DNA of 63,554 nucleotides, filler included, from Atractiella rhizophila (Eukaryota), in NCBI GenBank assembly GCA_021432655.1. It is 3 parts of 3 records of this genome, joined end to end, with 100 filler letters (N's around TTAATTAATTAA, not from the genome) between each part and the next. Parts side by side here need not be neighbours in the genome. Positions count along the whole stretch, not along the records: positions 30,434 to 60,691 come from MU271711.1; positions 60,792 to 63,554 come from MU271754.1; 1 more part is not named here. The stretch is one strand, 5' to 3'. The first letter of the stretch is position 1. Each line of letters opens with the position of its first letter. Both the position numbers and the translations under genes were made by a program. Below the pieces are notes generated by a model. The model was not told where the DNA came from. It was given only the letters and a program-made list of their open reading frames with translations, and ran no database searches. Below are positions 48,884 to 63,323 of this stretch, piece by piece.

Positions 48884-49769
48884 ATGCACAGAGTTACCCT
48901 GCCTCCACTTTCCAGTATTATCAAGGATTGTGACCTTCCCAGCGAGTTCTCGAAAAAGGACTCCGTGAGAACTTCCCTGATAACTCTCAAACGTCACAAA
49001 TGACATGTATATATTCTGGATAGGACACAAACGGGTCTCCCAATTATGTACGACGGTCGACACGACCAGCGAAACAAGTCGGTTCCTATGTAGTGGACAT
49101 TCCCTCCCAAACTCCCACCCCGACCCCAGATCCATCACCCTCAATTACTCCTTCAAATCCCACTTCGGTTGCAGCGGCAACAAAAAAGACGACGAGGAAA
49201 GTCTCACGGAAGGTGTCGCACTCTTTGATAGAGAGGAGAAGGCGCGAGAAGATCAACGACTGCCTCGACACGCTCAAGAATATCGTCCCCCAATGCCAGG
49301 AACAAATGAGCAACAAGATGGCTGCGAAGCAGCAAAAGCTAGAAATGGCCAAGAAGTGCAAGAGGAGAAAAAAGAAGGATGAGGCACAAAACGAGGAGCT
49401 TTTGGAGGAAGAGGAAGATGGAACTGGGGCTGGATTGCACAAGCTCGAAATCTTGCAGGTACGTCCAATTCTCCATCTTTAATCGAGTCCTGACAAGAGG
49501 AGCAGGCGACAGTGTCTTACATTCAAGAGCTCCAATCAGCTCTAGACTCACTTCGCGCAGCTTCTCAAGCCTCGCCTACCTCTCGCTCCTTTCCCACCCC
49601 TTCATCCGTTAACACGTCCACCTCTCCCTCCGTGTCCCCTCGTCTTGGGTTCAATGCAGCTGAGCCTCCTGCTCTTATCTTGCCACCACCCTTCTTCGCT
49701 CTTCCCGCAGGCAGGAAAGAGGACGAGGATTATGCGGCCACCGGCCTTTTGAGCCTGCGCTTCTCTTAG
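48884..49769 (+). CDS. bHLH transcription factor
   Basis: RKVSHSLIERRRREKINDCLDTLKNIVPQC..LHKLEILQ..YIQELQ; exon 1 MHRVTLPPLSSII splices in phase at 48965/49024. Confidence 0.9.
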
Positions 49770-50288
49770 TCGTTTGAAAGCCATGACGGAGATGATTATT
49801 CCATATGTTATGTGATTTCTCTTTCCATTTTCCCATGCATCTGGCAGTACCAAAAATGTTGTACGAGTTTTACTATGTCTCAAATGGAATCGAGAGCAAG
49901 TGCGGTTGCTTGAAATATTGATAGTATTGGCTGTATAATTTTCAAGGTTACAGTATCAGGAATAGGTCGAGAGTACCGTCTTTGCCATGACCTGGCAAAC
50001 TGGCACTTGAACAGATTGATTGAAAACTATGCATGAACAAGAAGGATTGAACGCAAGTTTAGGTAACGTCAAACGCTGAACTCTTGAAACGAAACGAGGG
50101 GTGAAGTGGACGGATTGGACTGTATATTGATGGATATCGCTGCATGACGGGAGAAAGTAAAAACGGGAAGGAGGGGTAGATAGAAATACAATGCCGACGT
50201 CGAACTGGAGAACGAGGTGAGCAAACGTGAGGGTAATCTAATCCGGATCGAAAATCAAGTACCAAAAATTGTTAATCACCAAGGTCAT

Positions 50289-52488
50289 CTAAAGTGCCCT
50301 TCCAGTCCCACCCACATCTGAATTATTGCGAGCGTTGAACTCCTCCAACTCCTCAGCCGGGGTCTCGGGGAGCGCTTCATATCCCTCCCCTTCCTGACCG
50401 TCCCAAGGATTCCTCTCCCCATCCTCTGTCGTACTAGTCGCTTCGGTCATCATGCTTTGTTGTCCCACACTACTCGCATGGCTAGACTGATGTGCCAGTG
50501 GTGGACGGAGCGAGCCCGAAGTTGGGATGGGAGGGATGACGGGAGGTTCTGAAGGAATAGTAGGTGTGGCAGAAGTTAATGGTTGAGGAATCGAAGGAGC
50601 AGGTGCGGAGTCGTCTGTAGAATGGGAGGAGCGAGGACGACCCCCTTGCATGTGGATTTGATTGGGAAGGGATATTGGAGCAGAGACGATTGATGCGGCC
50701 TGCAAGCCGGAGGAAATGATGGAGGAGGAGGCTGTGTGAGATTCCCTTCGACCATGGCGATGAAAGAGAGAGGAGAGACCGGAATGGTGTGAGTGGCCAG
50801 TATGCTGAGGTGTCATCTGCCGAGGTGTAGCTACTCCGCTGCCACCACCACTGCCGCCACCTAAGCTCACGCTTCCACTGGGCGACGCATGAGGGACTTC
50901 CAAAGAGTGTGAAGAATCGGTCCGCTGACTGGACTGGAGTTGTTGCGACTGTTGAGACTGTCCTCCATTCTGTGCCTCGCGCTCCCGGGCTTCCCGCTCC
51001 TTCCTCTCCCGCTCCGCCTCTTCCAGTAAGCTCAAGCGCATCGCCTCCATCACCATCAGCTCCTCCAAATCTTGTCCGCTCATCACCAACTGTCCTTCCC
51101 CATTTCCGCGGCGCCGGGAGCGCCGGCCCTCTTCTTGACCGTCAGCAGATGTGCGACCAGAAGTGATGCCAATGGGAACAAGACGGTCTGAAATGCCGCT
51201 TCAAGTCATGAAAGCCGCTATGCCAATAAAACGCACCTCCAACTTGCCGGAATACCCAGCGTCTGTTTGCGCGTCGCGCGATTGTCGCTTGCACTGCAGC
51301 TAATTTCGCCTCCCAATTGGGATGAATGTGGTCTGTTTAAGAATACTAATAAGAATGAATTGTTACATGGAGAGAGTGTACTCACCGACGAGGACGACTT
51401 CTGGCGAGTTTGCAGCTATGCTCTTCCGTCTCCTCTGTCCATCCCTCGACGAACCTTGAGGCATTTTCGACTAAGCGACTCTAATCAGCTCACAGGAAGA
51501 ACTTGAGAGACACACGTACATCGGTATCAGATGACAAGACTCTAGGAGGGTCGTAGATAATGCCAAAGTTGGGTACACCGCAATATGGACATGAAGCGGC
51601 CTCGGAGGTCGGGTTCGTGATCGTCGGGTCTGCACGTTTTATTTGGATGAAACATTCTGTGCAGATTTCCTGCTGACAGCATCGTGATCTGTTTATGAGA
51701 GGGGAATAGTTTCTTCATCCCATAACATCATGAGAAAGGGAAGGACAAAGAGGTTAAGGAAGGACGAACAGGAAGCAGATTGGACATTCTACCGCCTCCC
51801 CCAGATAAGAGGATATTTCTCCCTTCTTTTCCTTCTCCCCAGGACCAAAGGGGTAGATGTGTGGAGGATTCGCGAGAACGGGCGGAAGTGGAAGCTCCTT
51901 CTCTTTCCTCCTGCCCGCATGAGAGGAAGGAAGCATTGTGCTCGAACCTCCTCCACCTCCAGCAGCCTGCGAAGAAGGAGGCAGATCTCCGCCATCGCTC
52001 ATGAAAGAATTGCTGAGGCTGGAAATTTCTCCTCCTCCTCCGGACGACCCAGTGCCGAGAAGTCCCCCAAACGCACCTCTCATCGCCCCCTCATTCGCCG
52101 CCCTCTCCGCGGCTCTCCTCGCCTGCTCTCTCGCCTCCTGACGCTGAGCCATTTCCTCCTCCGCCTCCTTGATCGCCTTCTTAACTCTATCCCTCGCCAT
52201 CTGATCCGCTTCCTTCAACTTGTCCTCAATCTCCTCCTCGCCCCAGCTTGATTCGTAATCCTCCAAGCCACGGAAGAACGGCGCCAATCTCCTATCGACT
52301 ATGAGTCTCTGGACTATAGCTCGGTTGTAAGCTTCCGGTTGGGGAGTAGAAGCGTAGACATGGGAAACGGGCAGGATTCTACCTCCGTCTACGATGGTGT
52401 CTATGTCGATTGGAGGGGTCGCTTGGCGCGGTGGGGAGGATGAGTGTTTGCCGTTGTTCCCGCCTTGGGTAGAGTGATTCTGGCCCAT
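50289..52488 (-). CDS. SIP5: Sip5-like protein (RING-like zinc finger)
   Basis: N-terminal MGQ; VDGG..YNRAIVQRLIVDRRLAPFFRGL; ECPICFL..SRCCQQEICTECFIQIKR..CPYCG; DLEELMVMEAMRLSL. Confidence 0.9.
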
Positions 52489-52763
52489 CTTGGGTGTGCT
52501 GAGCCTGCAAGCAAAGGGAGATGGTCGTCGTTGGTGGATGTGAGCTCCGAGAGTTTGAATTATGACCGCATTCCAGCCGAGTCGCGTGCGCATTTCTCAC
52601 TGAGCTTGGGGTTTCAAAAGGAGGGACATGATGAAAGTATCGTCATCGCTAAATAGAGGAATGACAAACGAAGCAGACGGGTTACAGGTTGAACGGCATG
52701 TTGTTACATTCTTACATCCACTGAGCAAAGCACAAGACATCGTAACAAACGGGTAGCATGGAT

Positions 52764-54103
52764 TTACTCCGTCTTTTCCCTCCCTTGGGGCTGGTCAACA
52801 GGGCCCATAGTCCCAGGAGCCCAACGGCCATACCACCAGCTCCTACTCTGAGACGATGCTGCACTAGCAGGAGAACCGTGTCCATCATCTCTGATATCGC
52901 TAGAGGGGAAGCTCCTCCTCTTGTCCCATCCTTCCACCTCTTCGCGACGGATGTCCTCGTAGGAGAAAGCACCAGCACCACTCCCGCTACCCCCGTATCC
53001 AAACGATTGCTCGATCCTTCGTGCAACCGGATCGCGAGGCGTCTCCACAGCACTAACGCTCCGTCGATTCAAGGAGCTATTTGCAGAATTCGGTGGTCGT
53101 CCCATTCCCATTGCACCCATAGAGAGAACGGAAGGCGTAGATCGACTCGGGATGGAGGCAGGAGGGGAAGGTGCAGAACTGAGGTTATCCAAAACTTGTA
53201 GTTCCCGCTCGATCTCTTCCCTTCTCTGCCTCAGGGAAGCCTCCTTCTCCCTTTCGTGATAGGCATTAGAGCTTGATCTCGCACTCGCGCTTCCATTTCC
53301 TGACGTTCCAGCACGAGCGGCAGTCGCCGCCGCTTGCGCGGTCCGTGTACCCATCGGATGAAAGAGAGCTGAACCCGCAGCGATGGCTGATGGTCCATAG
53401 GTTCTCAAGATGTTGGTAAGAGTTGCAGGAGACCATGGAATGGAGGGATAAGCATCCACGGCATTTGCGGGAGGTTGATCTGACGGCGGTAGTGGAGGAG
53501 GATTGTTTGTGGACCCCACTGATTCTGCCAGTGCCGCAGGCAGGATGACCTCCTTCAGTGCTCGGAAAGCACGACGGATGTACTCCAATCCTGCTGCTCT
53601 GGCTTTATCCTTCGCGTCCGCAATGGCCGCTTCGATTTCTGGCTCGTGAGTTGTTAGGAAAGGGTGGACGAAGGTGACATAGACAAATGTTGATCCCTTA
53701 ATTTCCATGCATCGTCATTCAGATCTATATTTCCACAGGACGAAAATAACGCACTTGGATTTGAGGGAGTGTGAGCCAGAGGACAATAAGCGTCTTAAGC
53801 TCCCAGTAGAAGGGGATCCTACGTGGAAACACAATGCTTCAACCCAACTTCAACAAAGGGTCAAGACACTCACCAGCTTATGGTCCATTCGACGGTCATT
53901 TCCGCAACGCTCACAAATGCAATCACGACCCAATACATCAGCCAAACCTCCAACTGGGCGGCATCGTTCGTCTTTACTGCTTTATAAGAGGAGTATGCAG
54001 GATACGCGTAGCCTGCTAATGTTCTGCACGACAGGTCAGCCTCTAACACATCTCCATATGCGGACAGTACTCACATGATGATTTGGCACAAGTAAAAGAA
54101 CAT
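52764..54103 (-). CDS. TB2/DP1/HVA22 (REEP/Yop1-related) protein with a long C-terminal tail
   Basis: AYPAYSSYKA..WLMYWVV..PFYWELKTLIVLWLTLPQIQGSTFVYVTFVHPFLTTHEPEIE. Confidence 0.88.
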
Positions 54104-54839
54104 CCTGCTAGGCCCACTACGGTCGCTTTGGTGAAAGGGCACTAAATGAGCTGGAAGCAGGAATCACTGATTCTGATTCACTGTTTCGCGCATCCGAGCG
54201 TCAGGAGAGCCTGTACGAACGCAGTGTTCGCATGATGTACGCGCCATTGCGTTATCGGATATGAGTGATCTTTCAACAAGAATTGGACTCTGTCTGGCCC
54301 TCAAAACAGCCACTGTGAGGCAAATAAAAGAATAAGAGTGTTCTAAGGAGGTATTGTCACCACTGAGATTGAAGAGACACCAGAAAAGTACGTTTCCCAC
54401 TTTTACAGCTGAGGGGTTGGACTTGTTGCGAGTTTTGTGTTGTTGAAGTTTCGGTGCGACTTTTTTGGCCAATTACGAGGTATAGAACAGCTTCTTGCTG
54501 CTCGAGCTTTTGTAAAAGTTATATGTTTAAAGACTTAGACTTCTTCGCCTCAAAAGATATTGGCATGAGTTCCGCCAGCCAACTCTCCCGATGTCAGCCA
54601 ACCAAATGTGTGCCAATGCAGGTTTCTGACAAAGCGTGCGCACTGATATACCTACAATTTTCACATACATTCCAAAGCCGTGCGGTTCCAAGCTAAATAT
54701 TCCACCTCTAACCTCTCGCTGGATGGTAACAGTACATCTGCTTCACCTTTAAATTGTGAAGTGGGAGTTTGGAGTCTCCGTTTGGGCTTTGATCTACAAG
54801 AACAGCACTGATATGGGGATACTCCACAGAATTTTTCCA

Positions 54840-56563
54840 ATGCCATCACCACGACCGCCGATTTCTGTGCGAGCCTTTCGGCGTTCCTTGCATCTCTCCT
54901 CAACGCTACGCAGTGGTAAACCCCTTCAACCTCCATCGTTTCCCTGCCTGGACCAACACGACGCGCGCACCGCCAAAATTCTTTCCAGTCGTCAACAGAA
55001 CGCTCCGTCCACATCAGGTTTCTCGCCGTCGTCCGTGTTGGGAAAATTCACTCCTCCTTCCGAACCCCAAGCAGAAAGCGGCCCTGAACCATCTTATTCC
55101 TCTCCATCTCCCACTTCCTACCACATATACACACACAATGAGCCCTTCCCACTAGTCTACTCCTCCGTGCCTCTACCCAACTACACCATTGCCTACGAAA
55201 CGTGGGGAAAGCTCAATAAAGACAAGAGCAACGCCATACTCCTTCATACGGGTCTTTCAGCATCTAGTCATGCCAAAAGCACAGAAGCGAATCCAGAAAA
55301 AGGATGGTGGGAGAAGTTTATTGGACCCGGGAAAGCTCTTGACACAGATCAATACTTCGTTATCTGCTGCAACGTTCTCGGCGGCTGCTATGGCTCCACC
55401 GGACCATCATCACCATTTCCAGAAGCCTTGAAGGACTCGGAGGAAGGAGATGGAGGCGTAACTTCACAAAGATACGGATCGCGATTCCCGCTGGTCTCTC
55501 TATTCGACAATGTGCGGGCTCAATTCAACCTCCTAGACGAATTAGGCATTGAAAAACTATATGCATCTGTGGGATCATCAATGGGAGGAATGTCGAGTAT
55601 CGCCAGCGCTCATCTCTCACCTGAACGCGTAGGAAGGATTATTAGCATCAGTGGAACAGGACGCAGTAGCCCGAGCTCGATTGCGCTTCGATATGCTCAG
55701 AGGAGTGGTAAGTAGCCATTATATCTCACCCACCAGAACAAAGAATAACTTGACGGCGGATAGTCCTCATGGCAGATCCGAATTGGAAGAGGGGTTTCTA
55801 TTACGAAGGTCTTCCACCACATACAGGAATGAAACTGGCACGACGTCGGTCTTTCTCCAAATAGATTTTATCCAGCTAACAGCACAACAGAAATTGCCAC
55901 TATTACCTATCGTTCTGGACCTGAGTGGGAATCACGTTTCGCCCGACGTCGACGAGATCCTTCTGCTTCGCAACCGAACTCACCAGCTCCTCCATCCTCG
56001 CCCCCACCGCCAGTTCTCTGCCCTGACTATCTAATTGAGACGTACCTAGATCATCAAGGGGAACAATTCTGCCTCAAATACGATGCCAACTCACTCATCT
56101 ACATTTCAAAAGCCATGGACCTCTTCGACATGTCATTCGAAGGATTGCAAGAGCTTGAAACGTTGTGGAAAGGCAACAACCCCAACAAGAGCCTCTCCTT
56201 CTTGCCCCGCTCGACTTCCTCCGGAGGCGATGGCGTACCGCATATTCCATTTTCGAAGTCACCCGCGTTCCTCTCATCCCTCACCGATGGAATGAGCAAT
56301 CTTAAGGACATTCCCACTCTTGTCATTGGTGTCCAAAGCGACGTTCTCTTTCCTGTGGAACAACAGAGGGAATTGGCTCAAGCATTGAGAGGTTCTGGTA
56401 ACAAATCTGTCGTCTATTATGAACTTGATGGCCCATGGGGTCACGACACCTTCTTGTGAGCTTTGTGTCTTATGCACTGTGTGGAAATCTGATGACCTCC
56501 CACAGGATCGATACTGCAAATGTTGGAGGGGCTATTCGTGGATTTTTGTCTCAGTCTCTGTGA
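54840..56563 (+). CDS. CYS2: Homoserine-acetyltransferase-family serine O-succinyl/acetyltransferase (Cys2/CysA type) with mitochondrial presequence
   Basis: [73 protein letters not shown]. Confidence 0.88.
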
Positions 56564-56761
56564 TGCCATGGCTCCTTGGAATAAACGTGATCAATGTACT
56601 TATTGAGACGTTCTGATGTAATGGAACAAGGGAGACACAAGATAAATCTATGAATATTTTGATCTTATTTGTACAGGAAAGTGACATATATATACACTTA
56701 AGAATTGAGTGCTTTCTTCTGGTCTACAATGTTACATTGTTATTTCTTGCCCCCGGCTGGT

Positions 56762-59401
56762 TCACGAAGCTGGGGGCTGCTCGGTGACCTCGTTTTGTTC
56801 TACGAAGCGCGACCTCTTGCGAATTTGCGGCCCATACCTCCAAATGAGGAAAAGGAAAGGCATGAGGATCAATGTCAAGCCTGAGCTCATGTCAATAAAG
56901 CTTATCACACACTCCGATTGCAAATTGCTCACCAGCGAGGAGTGAACAACCTCCTTGGATGGTAAGGCCGGCATACATTTGTCGACCGACGAGGGGGAAG
57001 GCTGCGCCTAAAGCGCTTCGAAAGAAGGCGTTGCCGGCCAAAACGGATGCAGCGTAGCTGGGATAGCTTGCTGGAAGGTATGTGCAAACTGAGTTGAACA
57101 GGCAGAACATCCCTACACAATTTCGATTCAGATTTATTGATAGGGAAGCAAGAGTCCCTGTTTACCTGGAACATATAGACCTGAACGGAAATCTGTCAGT
57201 GCTCGATGCCACACCAACTGAGATGAACGGACCTGCAGCGATCGTGGGAACAATCCAGTGAATGGAAGAACGGGCAGTCCAGCCGTAAAAGAAGAGAGAG
57301 ATGGGGATGAGAGGCGCCGCGAACACTGAAATCTCCAAGCGATGCTCAGGCGTGACATATCCTAACTTGCGCTGCCGTGGCTGGAACCATTTCTTTTGGT
57401 AGATTACGAAAGCGCAAAGCGAGCAGATGAACCCAACGAGAATGGCCAGAAAACGGGAGTCCCGATTCGCCCAGGTTAAAGTGATGGATGTCGACAAATG
57501 TCAAAGGGAATGCTTCGAACCATAAGTAAAATATCCCATAAAGCAGGCTGCACATCGTATTAGCGCAAGTGATTCTGTAGAGAGATGGACACTTACCCAA
57601 GGTAGAGGTTCAAAAAGAAGACGGCTGGCTCAGTTAGTAGAACAAAGGGTCGCACGAAAGCGATCTTGAGGCCTTCCGCAGGCGTCATCTTCTCCATTTC
57701 AACTTCACCTGCGGTCTTGAGCTTTTCGTTTCCAGTGAGCTCCCTCAGACGGCGCGACCTTAGATATAAGATGTTGGAAGGCAATGTCTCCCTGACACCC
57801 TTTGAATTTTCACGCTGTGATGATTTGGGAGTTGGACTTACGGCAACAAAAAGAAGAGTACGATCAATGAAAAACCGCTCAACCAAAGAAGTTCCCAAAG
57901 AGGCCAATGCCACCCATTCGCTTGAGCAGCAAAGCCTTGTTGGAAGGCTCATCAGTCGAAATTCAGACGGAGGAGGGGTAGGACACACCTCCAATGACAG
58001 GTCCTAATGTAGGTCCAGCGATGGCTCCGGCCCTAAAAACCGCTAAGCACGCGTTTGGGAAAGGACAGAGCATGAGAGGACGCACCCCCATGCTGCAATG
58101 ATATACGCGCTGCTCTCAAGATCCCAAATATCCATCAAACTCGCTCCGCCGGTTGCAAGCTAAGGACCAGTCAGTGACGCGCTCGTACTGTTAAATGTGC
58201 GAGAAAGTAAAAGGGAAAAACTCACGGCAGGACTACCGACGAATCCGCTGAGAAATCTACAAGCCAGGAGACCCCCGAAGGTCGTCCCACCCGGGATAAC
58301 AAGGGGGATCTGGAGGATGACGAAAAGGAAAAGGGTTCCTATGTAGACCTGTTGCACCAAGTTTTCAGCCAACAATGCAGTTGCCCAGGCGGGCAAGCGA
58401 GCTCACAGGGTTCCGACCAAATGCGGGGACCTAACATAGGGACCGTGTAAGCAACTTAGAGGGCGTGAAGACAAGGTGCAGATGCACTTGCCTCTTGGAA
58501 ACCACAAAAGAACCTGCCAAATGTCAAATGAATGAGGGCTATCAAAGAGGACGATATGCATACATTGGTCCTATCCCATATCCCAGAACGAAAAGACTAA
58601 GGTAAACGATCAACTTTCGGCTATAGCGGTGAGGAAGTAAAGCACCTCAATCCGAGCGTTGCAGCAGTTTGCGAAACGCCAAATTCCATCATGACGCCTT
58701 GGATAGAAGGAGTGTAAATGGCTGATCCGATATCTGCATCGCAATTTCAAAATTTGTCCTTCGAAGCAAGATAGTCGACTCACAGACTGAGAACGTCAGG
58801 AGCATGATACCTCCAGATACGACGCATTTCTTTCTGAAGGACCAGTTCTGAGGGTTTTCTTGATCATTTTCGTCGTACCAATCTTTGTTGCATAAGTTAC
58901 TCAATGAACGAAATCAAAAGAGGCGGACAGACCAACAAGATTTGGATTCGCCTCTGATGAGTCTTCCTTCTTAGGGGGATGGTCATGCTCCACTTCTTCC
59001 TCCATTGGGTCCACGAGACCAGCCTCTAATCGCTTCGCGTCCTCCCTTCGGGACGCAGGTTGCTGTAACTCGGGCGACGGCTTCTTCTCGTCTTCTCCCT
59101 CCAGTCGCTGCGTATTCTTCCCTTCCCCATCATGATCGCGTTGAGGTGAAGGTTCTGAGCTCTCTTCGTTCAATGTCGCTTGATCATGGCCATCCGACTC
59201 TACCCCCCGTGATCTTCGTTTCTCGCCTTCGACCAATGTCGAGTGTCGTTCCAAACCGAGACGGTGCCCGTCCTTTTCAAGATGGTATTTAGGCGGAATC
59301 TTGAAGTTTGGGAGCTGCTCAGGATACTGGAATAGTTTGCCTTTGGAGAACCTATGCACAAGCCGCCCGAAGGTTGTTTCGCGAATCAAGTCAGGGACCA
59401 T
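56762..59401 (-). CDS. MFS multidrug transporter, DHA1 family (Flr1/Caf5/Tpo-like), multi-exon
   Basis: DLIRETTFGRLV..FQYPE, DWYDENDQENPQNWSFRKK, RFLSGFVGSP, LYGIFYLWFEAFP, YAASVLAGNAFFRS, YGPQIRKRSRF. Confidence 0.93.
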
Positions 59402-60001
59402 GGTCGAATTAGCTATTCACAGTAAAAAGTAGGCGGCGGTGGGAGTTTCTAAGAGTGAGCGACTGCTATATATCATACCGGAATGGGATGGAACCGAGTG
59501 GACGATCACAATCATCGGGCTCAACGGACTGAGTGATGTGACGTCGAAGGCTACAATCGCTCAAGGCGGCGATAGCGAAAAACTAGATTGATTACAGCAT
59601 CAGTGACGTCCCCAATATTGCTTCCAATCCGCATATGAACAATCTTGCCTCGGCGTATTCCGAGTCCATATTCAAGCTGCCTGAGATACATCCCTGGACG
59701 TAACCATCATAAATCAATGTGACAATAATCACTGGTAGCCGTGAGGTGGGCCTGAGGTTGTATCTCATGAATCTCACGGTGCGCTGACTGGCTGAAATTC
59801 CTAATTTCACATCTTGAAATAGTAGCCGGCTGCTGTTGTGAATGAAATTTGTTCTATCAGATGGGACCTTGAAGCTGTCTGGAGAAACGATATGATGTTA
59901 AGCAGAGCAGCGATCAAGGTGAAGCTACTGCGTAAACCTTGTCTTTTTGACAAAGACCAAGATCAACTTTGAAGAGCCAGTGTACCATTGAGCAGTGGAG
60001 C

Positions 60002-60691
60002 ATGAGCTGTCCGCACCTCCCTCAACTGCTTCCATACGCCTCTCCGCCACGGTCATCCGACGCAGTGCATCGGGAAGAGTGCACGCAGTGTTTCGACACC
60101 CAAGACTCGCCTAACGGAGTCGACGTCTGCCTCAGCTGTTACAACGGCGGATGCTGTGATAACGAGAGCGAGAGACAACACGCAAAGTTGCATTGGAGGA
60201 AGAATAGACATCCGATCGTTGTCAACGTAAAGAGGAGGAGGAAGCAGTTGCCGAAACGCGTACGTTGCTCACTCATCTTTCATACCTGTGGATGGCATGG
60301 ACGTTGAGATCGGGTTTGTTTCTCGACAGGATGATGGCGAACCACCGTTGAAGAAACTTGCAATAAGGGAAGAAGACGATTCGAAGAAATATGATTACAC
60401 CACAACGCTCAAATGCTACCAGTGTTCCGAAGGAGGCACCATTCTTCCAGATGAGCAGCAGAAGGACGCAGCTGCACAAAAGATCGTCGAGGGGATAATG
60501 AGCGCGATGTCATCAGCAGAGAAGAGCGATGTGAAGGCATGGGAGATGAACGTCACGTCTTGCTTACACATTGATGCTCTGGAGCAACAAGAAGGGAAGA
60601 AAATCGAGCCCGCAGGTTCGTCCTCGAAGATATTGTGGACGATCAGCATACTAAGAGAGGAGGGAACAGGACTCGCCAAGTGCTCAGCTTG
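60002..60691 (+). CDS. UBP14: Ubiquitin C-terminal hydrolase 14 (USP5/isopeptidase T), N-terminal part, truncated at the gap
   Basis: MSCPHL..VHREECTQCFDTQD..VDVCLSCYNGGC; EPPLKKLAI; MSAMSSAEKSDVKAWE..CLH. Confidence 0.9.
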
Positions 60692-60791
60692 NNNNNNNNN
60701 NNNNNNNNNNNNNNNNNNNNNNNNNNNNNNNNNNNTTAATTAATTAANNNNNNNNNNNNNNNNNNNNNNNNNNNNNNNNNNNNNNNNNNNN
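60692..60791. other. Artificial contig-join spacer (N44-TTAATTAATTAA-N44)
   Basis: Identical to 30334-30433. Confidence 0.97.
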
Positions 60792-63323
60792 GTCGCTGAC
60801 CAGATTTCTCCTCAGTCAATTGTCGTAAAAGAGCATAGCACCTACGTCCAAACAGCCGTGGCGATGGCGTTGCCGATGGATCCTCCAAGAAAAGAGTAGA
60901 GGGAATAGATGGCTTGAGCAGACGCGAGGGTTCTGTGAGGAACCGAACCTTGAGCCGCGGACTGAACGTTTGCTGAATCAGTGAGCTGTGGTGAAAGTGG
61001 CGTGCCTACCGTATTGCAGACAACGTGAATACCTGCACTGAACGAGCTTAAAACTCGACTCCAAACTAAGGCTACATCTCTGCAGCTTATGATGAACTGG
61101 TAATCCGCGAGGCTGAATAGGCTCACGTTGCGTTCTCGCCCATGGCATACAGCTGAAAGCCTTTTGCACTGTGGGAAGGGGCGTGAGCTTGCGCATACCT
61201 CTAGTATGCCCCCTTACATGATCTGAAGTGCTAAACCCGCAAAATTGAAGTACTACATGTCCAATGGATGAGTCCTGATACCGTTGAGACGAATGAAGCA
61301 TTACCTTAAACCTTTTGTGTACTCTTAGGACGGTTCCTGCAACGAGGCCAAAGAAAGAGAGCCCAACCGTCGAGATATTCTGAACATCATAAGTCAGGGA
61401 TGACCAGGGATGGAACTCTGTCCTCACAGAAAAGTAGGTGTAGTTTTTAGTTGACCTGTTGCGGTCCCCCTCGGCCTGGCTCAGAAGGAGAGAGGAAACT
61501 CAACATACCAGTCCTTAATGACATAGATCCAACTGAGATAATAGGTGTCCGCAAGTGAGGTTACACAGAAGGCAACAACCTCCGCTTGACAGGCTATCAG
61601 GAAGTTCTATGGCACGGGTACGAGGCATGAGGGTGGAAAGTCTACTTGACAAGTGGGCTCACCTTGTTCAGGATGTCTTTCGTGATAAGTGGCCGAGTTG
61701 CGACCTTGATCTCCCAGTAGAAAAAACCAACTTGAAGGACGCCACCGACCACAAACATGGCGATGAGTGAGGCTACAAAGCATACATAAGTATCAAATAG
61801 ACATTGTGATGTATGTACCATTGGCCCATCCATGGTCTGCAGTAGCGGATAGTGTGAACGGCAGCAGCAATAACGTCCAGGAAAACCCTGTCAGGATCAA
61901 ACCGAAACCGTCGATCTCATTGTAATAGTGCCACGCGAGGTCAACGAAGCGAAAACGCAGAGCAGGAACGTAGAGCGCGGCCTGCTTGGACTTGGGCGGT
62001 AACAAACGCTTCGCCTTGTAATCACCCCAGAACAAGATGATCTGACAAGGGTTAATACTGTGAGAGGGAAGGCTTCATCGGCTTACGATAGCTGGAATGG
62101 TCACCGCGGGAACTATGTTCAGGTTTAGATTAATGGTCCAACGTGTTGAACTGACATACCCATAATGGCAAACATTCCGTAGGCTGAGGACGATGTCAGT
62201 TACCACTTAGCTTTCGAGGTTGGAACCTAGTACCCCATCTCCAATTGGATAAACCGATACCTGACAAATGGATTGTCAGTACACAATACAACGGACTACA
62301 CACATCGCATACCTTCGGTAATGTAACCAGAGATGAACGGGAACACTGTACGATCAAGCTATTCAGGGGAATTGTGCACCAGAAAATGAAGCCGTTTACA
62401 GATATATGGGACGGAGCTGAGGCCGTTAGCTGACAAGAGAGTGAACAACCGCGGAACAGATACAAACCAACAACAGACCAAGCGCCCTCCATTTCAGCGA
62501 TGTGATGTCAGCGATCAGGATGCCCTGAAGCAGAAATAATCCACCCGACCCTACAGCATATATGACCTGACCTGGAACCATATCAGTCTCTCGTTGCTCT
62601 TCTTCCTCGCCTGATACACACCTCCTGCAATCTGCTGCACGGTCTGGCTGGCAGCAACCACTGCAAAACCGATAGCGAACAAAACGATTGCTGGATCCCA
62701 CATTCAGAAAAGGAGTCCGAGTCGCATTGAGAGACACACTCAGCGTCAATGCAACGGGGCGAGTCCCCACATCTGCTCAATGCCAAATTGTTGAGCTTCG
62801 GTCTCTCACCTAGCTCAGTGACGAACCTGCAATTTTTGCGACGAAGGGCTGACAGACCGATCTAATCGAAGCGTATCAGATGGAACCTTGAAGGACAGAA
62901 CAGGCGGCATACTGCGCTATCCCAACTACCACTTGAATTGTCCCATAGAAAGCATGATGACCGAGTCCAGAGGTTGCGAATTGAAGAAAAATAAGGGCAG
63001 TATTCGAACTGACTGCTTTCAGCCTTCGTCTCTTCGAAAGGCGAGAAAGCACACCTAAGGGCATATGCTGTCGCTAGCAAGCCGATAGAAATGTAAAGCA
63101 ACCAGATCGCGTTACCGCGATCCTTGAAAACCTGATAAAGCAGAGAAATTCTCGTCACTCCTTGTACTGCTTCATTTAGCTCGTCTTTCGAGGTGATGGT
63201 ACCTGCAGGGAGGCTCTGAAGAGTTCTACAGGTGGCAATAACGTCGGCCTGCTCGATATCGATACCATGTTTCTCATCAGAAAAAGAGGTTTGTTCGGCT
63301 TTCGAAATTTGGATATCAGACAT
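60792..63323 (-). CDS. MFS siderophore-iron transporter (ARN/Sit1 family), multi-exon, 3' end cut by the gap
   Basis: QGVTRI..WLLYISIGLLATAYAL, FATSGLGHHA, GQVIYAVGSGG..ILIADITSLKWR, WRWG, IDGFGLIL..LLLLPFTL, AAQGSVPH..LGGSIGNAIATAVW. Confidence 0.88.
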